This document shows positions 42,601 to 56,794 of a DNA stretch of 64,000 bases, in pieces. A program made the translations under genes and the position numbers. Below the pieces are notes generated by a model. The model was given only the letters and a program-made list of their open reading frames with translations, was not told the DNA's origin and made no database searches. Source of the stretch: Octopus vulgaris. Lineage: Eukaryota. Every line of letters starts with the position of its first letter. Positions within the stretch are counted from its first letter, which is position 1. The stretch covers positions 10,230,001 through 10,294,000 of the forward strand of contig OX597814.1 of NCBI GenBank assembly GCA_951406725.2. Reading direction: 5' to 3'.

Positions 42601-45376
42601 ATACATAATACATACATAATACATACATAATACATACATAATACATACATAATACATACATAATACATACATAATACATACATACATACATACATAATAC
42701 ATACATAATACATACATAATACATACATAATACATACATAATACATACATAATACATACATAATACATACATAATACATACATACATAATACATACATAA
42801 TACATACATAATACATACATAATACATACATAATACATACATAATACATACATACATACATACATAATACATACATAATACATACATAATACATACATAA
42901 TACATACATAATACATACATAATACATACATAATACATACATAATACATACATAATACATACATACATACATACATAATACATACATAATACATACATAA
43001 TACATACATAATACATACATACATACATACATAATACATACATAATACATACATAATACATACATAATACATACATAATACATACATAATACATACATAA
43101 TACATACATAATACATACATACATAATACATACATAATACATACATAATACATACATAATACATACATAATACATACATAATACATACATAATACATACA
43201 TAATACATACATAATACATACATACATACATACATAATACATACATAATACATACATAATACATACATACATACATACATAATACATACATAATACATAC
43301 ATAATACATACATAATACATACATAATACATACATAATACATACATACATAATACATACATAATACATACATAATACATACATAATACATACTTAATACA
43401 TACATAATACATACATAATACATACATAATACATACATAATACATACATAATACATGCATAATACATACATAATACATACATAATACATACATAATACAT
43501 ACATACATACATACATAATACATACATAATACATACATAATACATACATAATACATACATAATACATACATAATACATACATAATACATACATAATACAT
43601 ACATACATACATACATACATAATACATACATAATACATACATAATACATACTTAATACATACATAATACATACATAATACATACATACATACATACATAA
43701 TACATACATAATACATACATAATACATACATAATATATACATAATACATACATACATACATACATACATACATAATACATACATAATACATACATAATAC
43801 ATACATAATACATACATAATACATACATAATACATACATAATACATACATAATACATACATACATACATACATAATACATACATAATACATACATAATAC
43901 ATACATAATACATACATAATACATACATAATACATACATAATACATACATAATACATACATACATACATACATAATACATACATAATACATACATAATAC
44001 ATACATAATACATACATACATACATACATAATACATACATAATACATACATAATACATACATAATACATACATAATACATACATAATACATACATAATAC
44101 ATACATAATACATACATACATAATACATACATAATACATACATAATACATACATAATACATACATAATACATACATAATACATACATAATACATACATAA
44201 TACATACATACATACATACATAATACATACATAATACATACATAATACATACATACATACATACATAATACATACATAATACATACATAATACATACATA
44301 ATACATACATAATACATACATAATACATACATACATAATACATACATATTACATACATAATACATACATAATACATACATAATACATACATACATACATA
44401 CATAATACATACATAATATATACATAATACATACATAATACATACATACATACATACATAATACATACATAATACATACATAATACATACATAATACATA
44501 CATAATACATACATAATACATACATAATACATACATAATACATACATACATACATACATAATACATACATAATACATACATAATACATACATAATACATA
44601 CATAATACATACATACATACATACATAATACATACATAATACATACATAATACATACATACATACATACATAATACATACATAATACATACATAATACAT
44701 ACATACATACATACATAATACATACATAATACATACATAATACATACATACATACATACATAATACATATACATAATACATACATAATACATACATACAT
44801 ACATACATAATACATACATAATACATACATAATACATACATAATACATACATAATACATACATAATACATACATAATACATACATAATACATACATAATA
44901 CATACATAATACATACATAATACATACATAATACATACATACATACATACATAATACATACATAATACATACATAATACATACATAATACATACATAATA
45001 CATACATAATACAATCATACATACATACATAATACATACATAATACATACATAATACATACATAATACATACATACATACATACATACATAATACATACA
45101 TAATACATACATAATACATACATACATACATACATACATAATACATACATAATACATACATAATACATACATAATACATACATAATACATACATAATACA
45201 TACATAATACATACATAATACATACATAATACATACATAATACATACATACATACATACATACATAATACATACATAATACATACAACCATACATACATA
45301 CATACATACATACATACATACATACATAACATACATACATACATACATAATACATACATAATACATACATACATAC
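36300..45376. repeat. ~9.1-kb simple satellite of TACA 4-mers and TAATACATACA 11-mers
   Basis: Directly visible. The 2200-2400 aa minus-strand ORFs arise because (TGTA)n/(TGTATGTATTA)n has no stop codon in any frame. Confidence 0.98.
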
Positions 45377-45948
45377 TTTGAAGGCTTTGTGTTTGCAATC
45401 CAGGAAAAGGAGATTGCCATAAAGTACCTGGTGAACAAGATATAGTGACGCTCTTGTAATCCTAAAGTGCAACTGCATGTGTAGGATAAGTTATGTTTCT
45501 GTGTAAAACATCACGCATGTGATTAACAGCAGTCTTAAAATCACGGTACTACATCCATATGCAGCACGATGTTCTTGCTAAAACATCCGCAAAAAAGACT
45601 GTCCTGAAGCAATAAAATATCAATGGACAACTGCTTCGAAACCTCCAATTTCTATATCCAGACTATGAATTCATATTCATACCAATAATAATTGGAGCAC
45701 TGGTTTTTGTTAGTAAATGCATAAAGGAGAATCTGGATAATATGGATTTTCAGAAAGAGAAATCAACCGGCTAATTCGTAAATTACAAGTGCAATCTATG
45801 AGTGGAACAGTAAAAGTATGCAAGACTTTTCGCAGGTTCTCAATGTAAATTTGTCTGTTAACTACTTTTCAAAGATAGAGCCTTGTATCTTTGCTGGGAA
45901 CCGGTTCCCTCCTCAGTGGAATATTTATAATAATTAAAAAAATTGGAG
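45377..45948 (+). mobile_element. 5'-truncated, internally deleted RLE-type non-LTR retrotransposon (R2/R4-related)
   Basis: EGFVFAIQEKEIAIKYLVNKI*, decayed knuckle CRISYVSV*NITHVINS, YYIHMQHDVLAK, QLLRNLQFLYPDYEFIFIPIIIGAL and LQVQSMSGTVKVCKTF; the 3' end runs into (ACAT)n. Confidence 0.8.
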
Positions 45949-46013
45949 ACATACATACATACATACATACATACATACATACATACATACATACATACAT
46001 ACATACATACATT

Positions 46014-46047
<34 letters not shown>

Positions 46048-46061
46048 CGCGTGTGTATACC

Positions 46062-46340
46062 TACGCAGGATGCTGAAAAGCTCCTGGCTTTGGGTTATAG
46101 AAAATGCAACCATTTATTTACCTATGGACCTCATTGACTCCTATTTTACACGTACGGACACCCATAGCCATTCGATGTTGTAAAAATCCTGTTCTATGAT
46201 TTTTCTCACCATATTTCTCTCTCAGTTTCACACACGGTCCGTCAGTTTTTTCTACGCCTTGTAAAAGAACTCGGAAGGTTGGGCCTCCAGTAAGGCCTTT
46301 CACGATACCCTTAAAGCCAGGAACTTTTTAGCATCCATCC
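46062..46340. mobile_element. Mariner-type MITE
   Basis: TIRs GGATGCTGAAAAGCTCCTGGCTTT / AAAGCCAGGAACTTTTTAGCATCC; contains a piece resembling the neighbouring hAT MITE. Confidence 0.75.
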
Positions 46341-46459
46341 ACACTGCTTGACAACTGATGCTAGTTTGTTTACGTCCATATAAGTTTATGGATTTTGGAA
46401 AGAGAAGGTTATAGATTGTCGAAGAGAATACGTACACGTGTACATTTGTTTGTCTAATC

Positions 46460-47105
46460 TACTGGTTGTCAAGCATTTACTTACCTATGGACTCCTTTGT
46501 TTCCTATTGTACACGTATAAGCCCCCATAGCCATTCGATGTTTTAAAAATCCTATTCTATTTTCATAATTAAGTTATAGGAATTGCATAAAAACATTAAA
46601 ATATTTTGTGTACTTTAGAAGTATAATCTCTTTATTGCACATAAATTTTTACAACAAAGTCTTATGCAGACTCCAAGAGTCATAAGGACGCCGTTGAAAA
46701 CCATTGGTCTAAACCAGCGGTTCCAACCATTTTTTTAAAACCTAAGGACCCCTTTGAATACTATTATATTCTAGTGCACCTCCCTAGCCATTCAATGTTA
46801 AAAAACTAGTTTTGTAGATACAGCTTTCAAAGTTCTTATTTGTTTTGCAAACATTCAATTGCGTAGGTTAAGAATAGTCCTCACCGAGAGAACTTGTTTC
46901 AGTGACCAGAAACATGATAAGCTCTGTAAAACGTTAGAAAAAGAAACGTAGCTTTTTCTTGCAATAAACACACCAAGGGCAGAATTTTTTCATGAACTCT
47001 TAAAATTCTACTGTGGATTCCCAATTTACTATTTTGCTTACGAGGACCCCACAAAATCCTATATGGACCTTCAGGGTTCATATGGACTCCGGTTGAGAAC
47101 CATTG
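46460..47105. mobile_element. Two tandem hAT-type MITEs (46460-46706 and 46715-47105)
   Basis: CAGYGGTT(C)TCAACC-like TIRs; 8-bp words GTCTAATC (46452), GTCTAAAC (46707) and GTCTAAAC (47106) flank and separate them. Confidence 0.8.
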
Positions 47106-47227
47106 GTCTAAACGTTTCAAAGCAGCGCCCTAGCATGGCCAAAATCCAAGAACAATAATCAAGTTTAAGAATAGAACAAGTTAATGAATAAAACGGTCAT
47201 AATGCAGTGAATATGGGGATATTTTAA

Positions 47228-47445
47228 CCCTTTAGCATTTAAAACGGTTATATCCGGTCAAAATATCCTGCATGTTTTATGTTCAAACTAGCCAGATGAA
47301 ACCTCTCACACCTACACTACAATGTCATTTAAAGAATATACAACCAAGCCATCAAAATCCTCAAGCTATGAGATAACGCATCGTTAATTCAAAACAATAT
47401 GAATAAATAAGCTTTACATTTGACAATTATCTGAATGCTAAAAGG
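47228..47445. mobile_element. piggyBac-type MITE
   Basis: TTAA|CCCTTTAGCATT ... AATGCTAAAAGG|TTAT. Confidence 0.7.
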
Positions 47446-47792
47446 TTATCGCATAAAAGTATTGTAACATCTTCTTCATATAGTTTTCTCAGATATCTGA
47501 TGAGAGAAAATACAAGTAGGATGGCAAAGTTGTAATATGGGATATTATAAGCTATATGTAAGGGTGGGTGGTCTCAAGGAATGGGTCTACGTTGTCATTC
47601 ACTCGAGTGTCCTCGACCCCTGCCTGATATGTAAGGTTCACTGGACTAGCTGATATGTACACAATATTGTCTTTCTGTAATTTAGGAAGTTTACTGATCA
47701 TATATCAGAAAGCATGAATAAAAACAAAGCATGCGATACGATATTATCATTCCCTTTCTTCCTTTCTCTATCTATGGTTACCTCTCTCTGTC

Positions 47793-47831
<39 letters not shown>

Positions 47832-47881
47832 GAGTGTGTGCGTGTGTGTGTGTGTGCACGCGCGTGTGTGCAAATATATGC

Positions 47882-47914
<33 letters not shown>

Positions 47915-48056
47915 CTATATATATATATATTATATATATATATATTATATATATACGTAGATACACATGCATACTCGAACTCATATTTCTGTGTAAGTGT
48001 AAATATACATATATAAACATGGGTAAATGTGTGTTTATATAGATAGTATATATATG

Positions 48057-48093
<37 letters not shown>

Positions 48094-48119
48094 ATGTGTG
48101 TGTGTGTGTCTGTGCGTGT

Positions 48120-48163
<44 letters not shown>

Positions 48164-48322
48164 CGACAGACAGATTGTTAGATAATATATATACATATAT
48201 GCAGGCATTCTCAAACATCATGTATTCAACATATCTGTAACACACACACACACTCGCGCGCGCAGACATACTGATCCACCTATATACATACGTAAGTATA
48301 CACACACACACACATATATATA

Positions 48323-49127
48323 CGAACGGGTACCCAAAGTAATCGTAAACGTTCTCTGTGGGACAGACCTCTTGTAGCTCAAGCTCTCTCCATTAGAATT
48401 CTTACTGCCCCATGGTGCGACATTGTTTTGCAGCGCTTCTCCCTATTCGTCGACTTTTGCAATGGCTGAAACGAGGGAACAGCGTGCTTCAGTGAAATTC
48501 TGTTTGTCTGCAGGGGATAAGGGCGACCGAAATAATTGTCATGCTTCAAACAGCTTATAAGGATGCTGCTATAAGAAAATCACGAGTTTGCGAGTGATTT
48601 TCACGCTTCAAGACCAACCTCGATCAGGACGATCGTCGACGTCCTGAACGAATAAAACATCATGAAAATTCATGAACTGATGTTAGGCGATCGTCATTGA
48701 ACAACTGGCAAACTTGTTGATATGACTGGTGTGTCCTGGAGCTCCTGCCAACGAATTTTGAGCGAGGAATTGCGCTTTAAAAGAGTTGTAGGAAAATTTG
48801 TGCCTCGCTTGCTTGCGGAACATCAAAAACAGTCACGACTGAATGTATGTAGTGAACTGAAAGAACTGTTGGAAGTCATCGCTGGTGACGAAAGCTGGTG
48901 CTACGGAATTTTCCAGGTGTGGAAGAGTTGGACAAAAATAAGACGAAGGCATTAAAAGACACCACTTCGCAAGAGATCTAGCACTGCTTCGAGTTGTGAA
49001 AAACCTACCTGGACCGATGCATTGCTTCAAATGGGAAATACTTTGAAGGCGATGAAAGTGTAAACATGCAAAACTTTGTGAATAGAATCATATTGGAAAA
49101 TTCCGATTTCTTTTGTGAACCATCTCG
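48323..49127 (+). mobile_element. Mariner transposon, internally deleted
   Basis: TA flanks and imperfect TIRs; EQRASVKFC, PRSGRSSTS, KFVPRLL, IAGDESWCYG and LDRCIASNGKYFEGD, with the catalytic middle missing. Confidence 0.92.
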
Positions 49128-49184
49128 TATATACGTATATACTATATATATATGTATATGTATATGTATATATATATGTATATA

Positions 49185-49249
<65 letters not shown>

Positions 49250-50022
49250 ACAAAACAAAAATGGAAGAAGAACGTAACAGGCGACAACAAAACATTCGGA
49301 GAGGAAAAAAACAATGACGGGTCATATATGTGTGTGTGTGTGTATGAATACACACGTACACACACATTTATGTATATGTATATATACATACACACACATA
49401 TATAGGTGAATGTATGTGCGTATGTATGTACGTATGTATGTATGCATGTATGTATATATATATGCATGAATGTGTATGTATACACACACACTCACACACA
49501 AACACATACACACACACATATATATATAGATGCATGTATGTATGAATGTATGTATATATATATTCTTTTGTTTTTTTTTTTAATTTCCGTATATATGTAT
49601 CAATGTTGCTTGAGCGAAAGGTGAGAAATACGGTTTACGCAGGTGAAGACTTGTACTTCTGTGTGTCTACAATGATTCACATTTCACAGACATAAATTAA
49701 GAAAAGAAAAAAAAAATCACACTCATTCAAACATTGACTCTACCCCACACACACACACACACACTCATTCGCACGCATACATAGATGCAAAGTTGTATGT
49801 GCGTATTTACAAAGGCACATAGATATAAAAAATCATCTTACTCTTTCTTTCTGTATCATGTATCTATCCATCTCTGTCTCTCTCTCTGTTACTCTGCTGA
49901 TTCATACATACATACATATATACATACACACACGTTCATACATACAAGCGCATACATACATTATGCAAGAGACATTGATATATAGATGCGGACATTTATA
50001 TAACTATGTGCGTGAGGGTGTG

Positions 50023-50074
<52 letters not shown>

Positions 50075-50524
50075 AATTTTATTCCTGGTTTTGATGGTTT
50101 TATTCCTGGTTTTGATGCACTAAGCCACTTGGTGTTAAATGGATGTACTATTAAATTAGTATCCAATTTTCTCACCCTTATTAGTTGATTATATATATAT
50201 ATATATATATATATATACGTACATACATTCACACACACACACAAACACACACAGCGGACATGCAGAGGTATATAGATATACATATCTTTCGTGCAATGTG
50301 CGAGTATATATTCACGCAGTATAGAGCATAACTGAATATTTTCACACGTATATGTATTTGCAAATTCACTATACCGTATGTGTAAATAATCTAACACACT
50401 CAATTGAAATTTCATACTGAAATATATACATTCACACGCTCATCGAATGCCACAGCTTCCTATAAGTTTCGCACTCACTTTATCTTCATGCATCAGACAT
50501 TATAAACAAAACGCCAAGAAGTGT

Positions 50525-50875
50525 CAGTAGTTCTCAACCGGGGACCATACGGCCCCTACTGGTCCATATAAAGTTTTGGGGTATCCACACAACAAAATAA
50601 TTAATTAGGGATCTACAACAGTAATTCAAGGTCGTTGATAAAATGTTGCTTTAGATTTATTTATTGATATGTATTGCGAGAAACAACTAAGTTTCCTTCT
50701 CTAACATCTTACTTAGTTTATCCTACACGACATAACTCGTGGAAAGCAAAATAGGAATTTTGAAAACTGGTTTTTAAAGTTTCAAGTTGTTAAACTTCGG
50801 ATGGTATTGGAGTTCACCGGAATAAAATAGTAATCAAAGCGGTCCCTAGATAAAAAAAATGGTTGAGAACTCCTG
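50525..50875. mobile_element. hAT-type MITE, same family as 46715-47105, opposite orientation
   Basis: CAGTAGTTCTCAACC ... GGTTGAGAACTCCTG. Confidence 0.75.
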
Positions 50876-51130
50876 TTCCACGCTGTATGTTCTACATGTT
50901 GGTGCAGCACCCAATCCTCCCTCAAAAGACTCACAGTAGGTCCGCAATTCATGTTGAACCAGCAACAGCGACAACAAAATGAAAAATAAAACTATTTCGT
51001 CAAACGCGTACAAGATCAGTTTTACTCGTATGTGTGAGCGCGCGCGTATGCATTTGTGTGTTTACGTGCGTGTGTCTGTGTGCATGTACGTGTGTGTACC
51101 TTCTATTTATTCGTATGCTATGTAAATACT

Positions 51131-51363
51131 TATTTCTTTACTACCCACCAGGGGCTAAACACAGAGAGGACAAACAAGGACAGACACACGGATTAAGTCG
51201 ATTACATCGACCCCAGTGCGTAACTGGTACTTAATTTATCGACCCCGAAAGGATGAAAGGCAAAGTCGACCTCGGCGGAATTTGAACTCAGAACGTAACG
51301 GCAGACGAAATACGGCTGCGCATTTCGCCCCGGCTTGCTAACGTTTCTGCCAGCTCGGCGCCT
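51131..51363 (-). mobile_element. SINE family B with a perfect 17-bp TSD
   Basis: TATGCTATGTAAATACT at 51114-51130 and 51364-51380. Confidence 0.92.
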
Positions 51364-52508
51364 TATGCTATGTAAATACTGGTATTGATATCAACAAAAG
51401 CCATCACCGAGGGCGACAAATTTGCGGCTTTCAGGAGCATTGTATCGAACCTTTTCTATTATATTCACAAGATTTAGAATTCTTCAGTAAGGGATTATTG
51501 ATAATGTCGAACCCAGTTTTTAACTAATATTTATTTCTCGACTACGAATTCATAAAAGGCAAAGCCGACCTCAGCGGCATTTGAACTTAGAACGTAAAGA
51601 CGGGCGAAATATCGCTCAGTGTGTTAACGATTCTGTCACCTGGAGGCAATATTTGTTTTGATGTTCTTTCTATGTACTGAGTTTTATATCTCGCCCATGC
51701 AAACTTACCATTTTATCCTTTTGTGCGTCATTAAATAATACGAATTGTGTGTCTTTTGGTTTCAAGCAGCAACTGCTGCGGCGATATTGGTGCAAAGGTA
51801 CATCGGTCCAAGTCAGTGGCCTCTCTCTTGGGCAACGTCGGTGTGGAAGAAAAGAGAGACGGCAGATTAAAATGTTCAGCAAATGTCCTCGTCTATATAC
51901 AGTTATATGGGCAACCCTGACTAATCGTGGACTCCAGAAACTCACCACTACCACCACCGCCACAACCGCCACCACCACTAATAACAACAACAACAACACT
52001 TCCTATAGCCGTTACTCGGAGTCGATGACTTTGCAATATGAAGCATATACGTTGCTTTCGCCAATTGCTTTAGGCTCCCGTGCAATCTCGAACAAACATA
52101 ATAAATGTTCTCTCGTTCTTCCCTCTTTGACTCACTGGAGAAATGGCAGTAGGATAAAGAGAGGTCTGCACCAGCACTAGTCTGGTAGTTTCTCTACAGA
52201 CCCCGGGCGGATGAAAGGTAAAGTTGCCTTCACAATGCAGAGACCCGTTACGACTACCGTAAAGCATTCTAACGGACAACTCCACTTCACAACAACTACT
52301 GCTATTATCGCAAGAAATGCAGAACCTGGTTCGATCTGGACTGAAAACTTCAAAATGCAGAATGAAACGGTGCTTTACTAATTTAGCTACGTGTTTCTAT
52401 ACTCTTCGCTATTTTAAAGATGGATATTAAGGCTGTCTTTGATTAACCCCAGGTGAGCTTCATTGATTGAGTTATCCCTAGTACTTGATGGGTATTAAAT
52501 TTATCAAC

Positions 52509-52923
52509 CGCAGGAGTGGCTGTGTGGTAAGTAGCTTGCTAACCAACCACATGGTTCCGGGTTCAGTCCCACTGCGTGGCATCTTGGGCAAGTGTCTTCT
52601 GCTATAGCCTCGGGCCGACCAATTCCTTGTGAGTGGATTTGGTAGACGGAAACTGAAAGAAGCCTGTCGTATATATGTATATATATATGTATGTGTGTGT
52701 ATATGTTTGTGTGTCTGTGTTTGTCCCCCCACCATCGCTTGACAACCGATGCTGGTGTGTTATCGTCCCCGTCACTTAGCGGTTCGACAAAAAGAGACCG
52801 ATAGAATAAGTACTGGGCTTACAAAGAATAAGTCCCGGGGTCGATTTGCTCGACTAAAGGTGGTGCTCCAGCATGGCCGCAGTCAAATGACTGAAACAAG
52901 TAAAAGAGTAAAGAGTAGAGAGT
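52509..52923 (+). mobile_element. SINE family A, near full length
   Basis: Near-identical to the 29295 and 55001 copies. Confidence 0.92.
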
Positions 52924-53345
52924 AACCCTAGTTAAAAGAAATGCAATGTCACCCTTCACAATATTTAAACATAGCACGTAAGAAAAAGAAAAGGAAAAAA
53001 CATATAACGAATACTGATGCTCAGTTGATTGAAAATAACAATTGTTTCTATCGTAAGCAAAAACCCGGAAAGTTTGAGCATCACGAGTTAATCGGTTAAA
53101 ATGACAGCGTTACTTGATTTATACTTTACTTTATCGACCCAAACAGGAAGAGAAGCAAACTGATTCCTGTGGGATTTAAATTCAAAATGCAGAGAAGCAA
53201 GAACTACCGTAAGGTTTTTATTCCTCATTTTCACCTCCTAATGCTTCTTTCAATATACCACTATAAATAATTTCTTAGATTGGCGCAAATTCGGAAATAT
53301 AGGAAGTATAGTCGATTAAATCGACATCAGTTCTAAACTGGTACT

Positions 53346-53719
53346 GGATGGAAGCACTCCGTCGGTTACGACGATGAGGGTTCCGGTTGATCCGAATCAA
53401 CGGAACAGCCTGCTCGTGAAATTAACGTGTAAGTGGCTGAGCACTCTACAGACACGTGCACCCTTAACGTAGTTCTCAGGGATATTTAGCGTGACACAGA
53501 GAGTGACAAGGCCGGCCCCTTGAAATACAGGTACAACAGAAACAGGAAGTAAGAGTGAGAGAAAGTTGTGGTGAAAGAGTACAGCAGGGATCACCACCAT
53601 CCCCTGCCGGAGCCTCGTGGAGCTGTTTAGGTGTTTTCGCTCAATAAACACTCACAACGCCCAGTCTGGGAATCGAAACCGCGATCCTATGACCGTGAGT
53701 CCGCTGCCCTAACCACTGG
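53346..53719 (-). mobile_element. SINE family C variant with a different 3' module
   Basis: Head and middle match 36050-36243; 53346-53540 differs. Confidence 0.8.
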
Positions 53720-54318
53720 AACTAAAGTTTATTGATACCGAGAAAATGGAAGTAAAGTCAACAACAGAGGGATTTGAACACAGAAAAAAAAAAAAAAGCG
53801 AAAACTAATACTGCAAAGCATTTTATCTGATAATCTTCCGACAAAAATATCAAATAAACAATAACGCTTGCTGACGCAGTTGCGATTTGAACTCATAATA
53901 CCAAAGAATTACAATTTAGTCCTTAACCGTTGTTGCAAGAGAAACGCCTTTCCCCTTTGTATGATAATATAAACGATCCTAATTACGAAACTTGTGGTTT
54001 TAATGCGGGTGGCGCCAGTCAATGCGTAAACGGCTCATATAATTTTCCAACGTATTTTTTAACAATTCACTTCCCTTACTGCAAGTAATGCCTCTATTCA
54101 GACAAAAGAACATTAAGGGAAAAAACGTGTAAGGCGGTATGTTAACGCAGACATACACATACGTGTAATATATTCACATTTAGATTACTCCCTTACCAGC
54201 AGAACCCCATTTCTTTCTCCCTCTTCCACTCCCTTTCCATTACTAAACATACATGCATACATACATATTGATACATAAGTATATATATAAATACAGACAC
54301 GCATCTATCTATCCATTC

Positions 54319-54380
<62 letters not shown>

Positions 54381-54387
54381 TGTTATA

Positions 54388-54765
54388 CTTTTACTTACTT
54401 TACTTTTACTTGCTTCAGTCATTTGACTGCGGCCATGCTGGAGTACCGCCTTTAGTCGAGCAAATCGACCCCGGGACTTATTCTTTGTAAGCCCAGTACT
54501 TATTCTATCGGTCTCTTTTGCCGAACCGCTAAGTGACGGGGACATAAACGCACCAGCATCGGTTGTCAAGCAATGCTAGGGGGACAAACACAGACACACA
54601 AACATATACACACACATACATACATATATATATACAAATAATATATACGACAGGCTTCTTTCAGTTTCCGTCTACCAAATCCACTCACAAGGCATTGGTC
54701 GGTCCGAGGCTATAGTAGAAGACACTTGGCCAAAGGGACTGAACCCGGAAGCATGTGGTTGGTAT
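54388..54765 (-). mobile_element. SINE family A, head partly deleted
   Basis: Reverse complement of family A; followed by a family B fragment at 54795-54942 (minus). Confidence 0.88.
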
Positions 54766-55000
54766 TCAAATAAAATTAGTGTACAGTTATTAATTAGTAC
54801 GCAACTGGTACTTAATTTCTCGAGCCATGAAGGATGAAAGGCAAGTTAGACCGAGGCGGAATTTGAACTCAGAACGTAAAGACAGACGAAATGTTGCTAA
54901 TCCTTTTGCCCAGCTTGCCAACGATTCTGTCAGCTCGCCGCTTTATATAAAGTTATAAATAATAGCGTGTAAAATATTAGTTTCAATATATATCTAAATA

Positions 55001-55165
55001 GGCGCAGGAGTGGCTGTGTGGTAATAAGCTTGCTTACCAACCACATGGTTCCGGGTTCAATCCCACTGCGTGGCATCTTGGGCAAGTGTCTTCTGCTATA
55101 GCCCTGGGCCGACCAATGCCTTGTGAGTAGATTTTGTTGACGGAAACTGAAAGAAGCCTGTCGTA

Positions 55166-55210
<45 letters not shown>

Positions 55211-55430
55211 ATATGTTTGTGTGTCTGTGTTTGTCCCCCTAGCATTGCTTGACAACCGATGCTGGTGTGTTTACGTCCCCGTCACTTAGCGGTTCGGCAA
55301 AAGAGACCGATAGAATAAGTACTGGGCTTACAAAGAATAAGTCCCGGGGTCGAGCTGCTCGATTAAAGGTGGTGCTCCAGCATGGCCGCAATCAAAATGA
55401 CTGAAACAAGTAAAAGAGAAAAGAGAAAGA
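55001..55430 (+). mobile_element. SINE family A, full length
   Basis: Complete head to tail. Confidence 0.92.
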
Positions 55431-55549
55431 AAGTAACTTATATTACAAAACCATTGCGGTTTACGATAAGCATAGCCTGTCATAAACCTGATAATTTGGG
55501 ATATAAATTGCTATAAATAAATTAATATTCATTAATTATAAATAATAAA

Positions 55550-55797
55550 TGCACCCTTTTAAAGCCTAGCCAGGCTCACAGGCCCGGTTTCCCGGTTTCT
55601 GTGGCGTATGTGTTCCCCAGCTGGACGGTACGCCAGTTCATCGCAGCGTTACTCAATTTTGCCAGCTGAGTGGAGTGGAGCAACGTGAAATGAAGTGTTT
55701 TGCTCAAGAACACAATGCGTCGCCCGGTCCAGGAATCGAAACCACAATCTTACGATCATGGTGCTGACACCCTAACCACTAATCCACGCGCCTCCAC
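55550..55797 (-). mobile_element. SINE family C variant with TSD
   Basis: tRNA-like head GTGGAGGCGCGTGGATTAGTGGTTAGG...GGTTTCGATTCC; ATTCATTAATTA on both sides. Confidence 0.82.
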
Positions 55798-56099
55798 ATT
55801 CATTAATTACCTTTCTTTTATCAATTAATTGTTTCTGTCATTAGACAGCAGCCATGACGGACAATAGAGTCCAGTATTTGTGTTTCGTTTCAAGCCTGGA
55901 ACTTATTTTATCGGTGTCATCTACCGAATCACTAAGTTACGGGGATGTAAACTCTCCAACACAGGTCATCAAGCGGTGGGTTGGTGGGCGGCTGGAAACA
56001 CACACACGCACGCGCATGCAGACACACACACACACCAAGTTCTGAGTGGCTTGCACTACACTAGAAGATACTTGTCCATGGTGTTACGGAGTGGAACTG

Positions 56100-56445
56100 A
56101 GCCCGGAGGAGGTAGTGCTGCACTAGGCCAAGAGAGTAGCTACTGGAAAATCCTATGTCCGGCAACAAGATTCTGCACCATGTCACACAAACAGAATCCA
56201 GTCATGACTGTCAGACACTTTCTGTGACCACCCCAGCCCTAAAATCTGGCCACCTGACTCCCCAGACTGCAAGCCCCTTGATTATTATAAGTGGGGCGCC
56301 GTTGAGTGAGAGACCAGCAAAACTCCTTGTAACACCAAAGATGGACAGAAGGAAAATATTATGCCAGCATTCACCAATTTAACAAGGAGACCGCCCAGAA
56401 GAGTTGCAGGAGATTCTGAAGCCGTCTGGAGGCCGTGTTTGAAGG
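56100..56445 (+). mobile_element. Tc1/mariner maT (DD37D-like) transposase 3' relic
   Basis: QQDSAPCHT...IWPPDSPDCKPLDYYKWGAVE*ET...SCRRF*SRLEAV, with stops and frameshifts. Confidence 0.85.
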
Positions 56446-56594
56446 TATCCATTTGCACATCACGAAATTATACTTTAAAGGATATAAGCAGTATCTCAGC
56501 AGGGTATATAATATACTTCCTTAATTATCTCCTACTTAAGTTAACTACACGTGTTTCAGTATTGGAAGATTACAATTTATATACATACACACAA

Positions 56595-56663
<69 letters not shown>

Positions 56664-56794
56664 TATTATTGAAATAGATAAATGAATTATCTTATTACGG
56701 ATAATTCAAATGATAACCGATACCTCATGGGCTCCTCGTGAGCGTTTGTCGAAAAGCTTGCTGTGCATTTTTGGGTGGAGAATTAAGTTCCTGG

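Noticed and set aside
36244-45478. 2200-2400 aa 'MYVCMYVLC' ORFs
   Set aside because: They are translations of a stop-free satellite strand, open in all three frames.
47483-47512. CTGATGAGAGAAAA
   Set aside because: No stem II; it is part of a short local palindrome.
51670-52180. Possible extra Tbx20 exon (ORFs 51749-52180)
   Set aside because: No recognisable protein similarity in any frame, and it runs into repeats.
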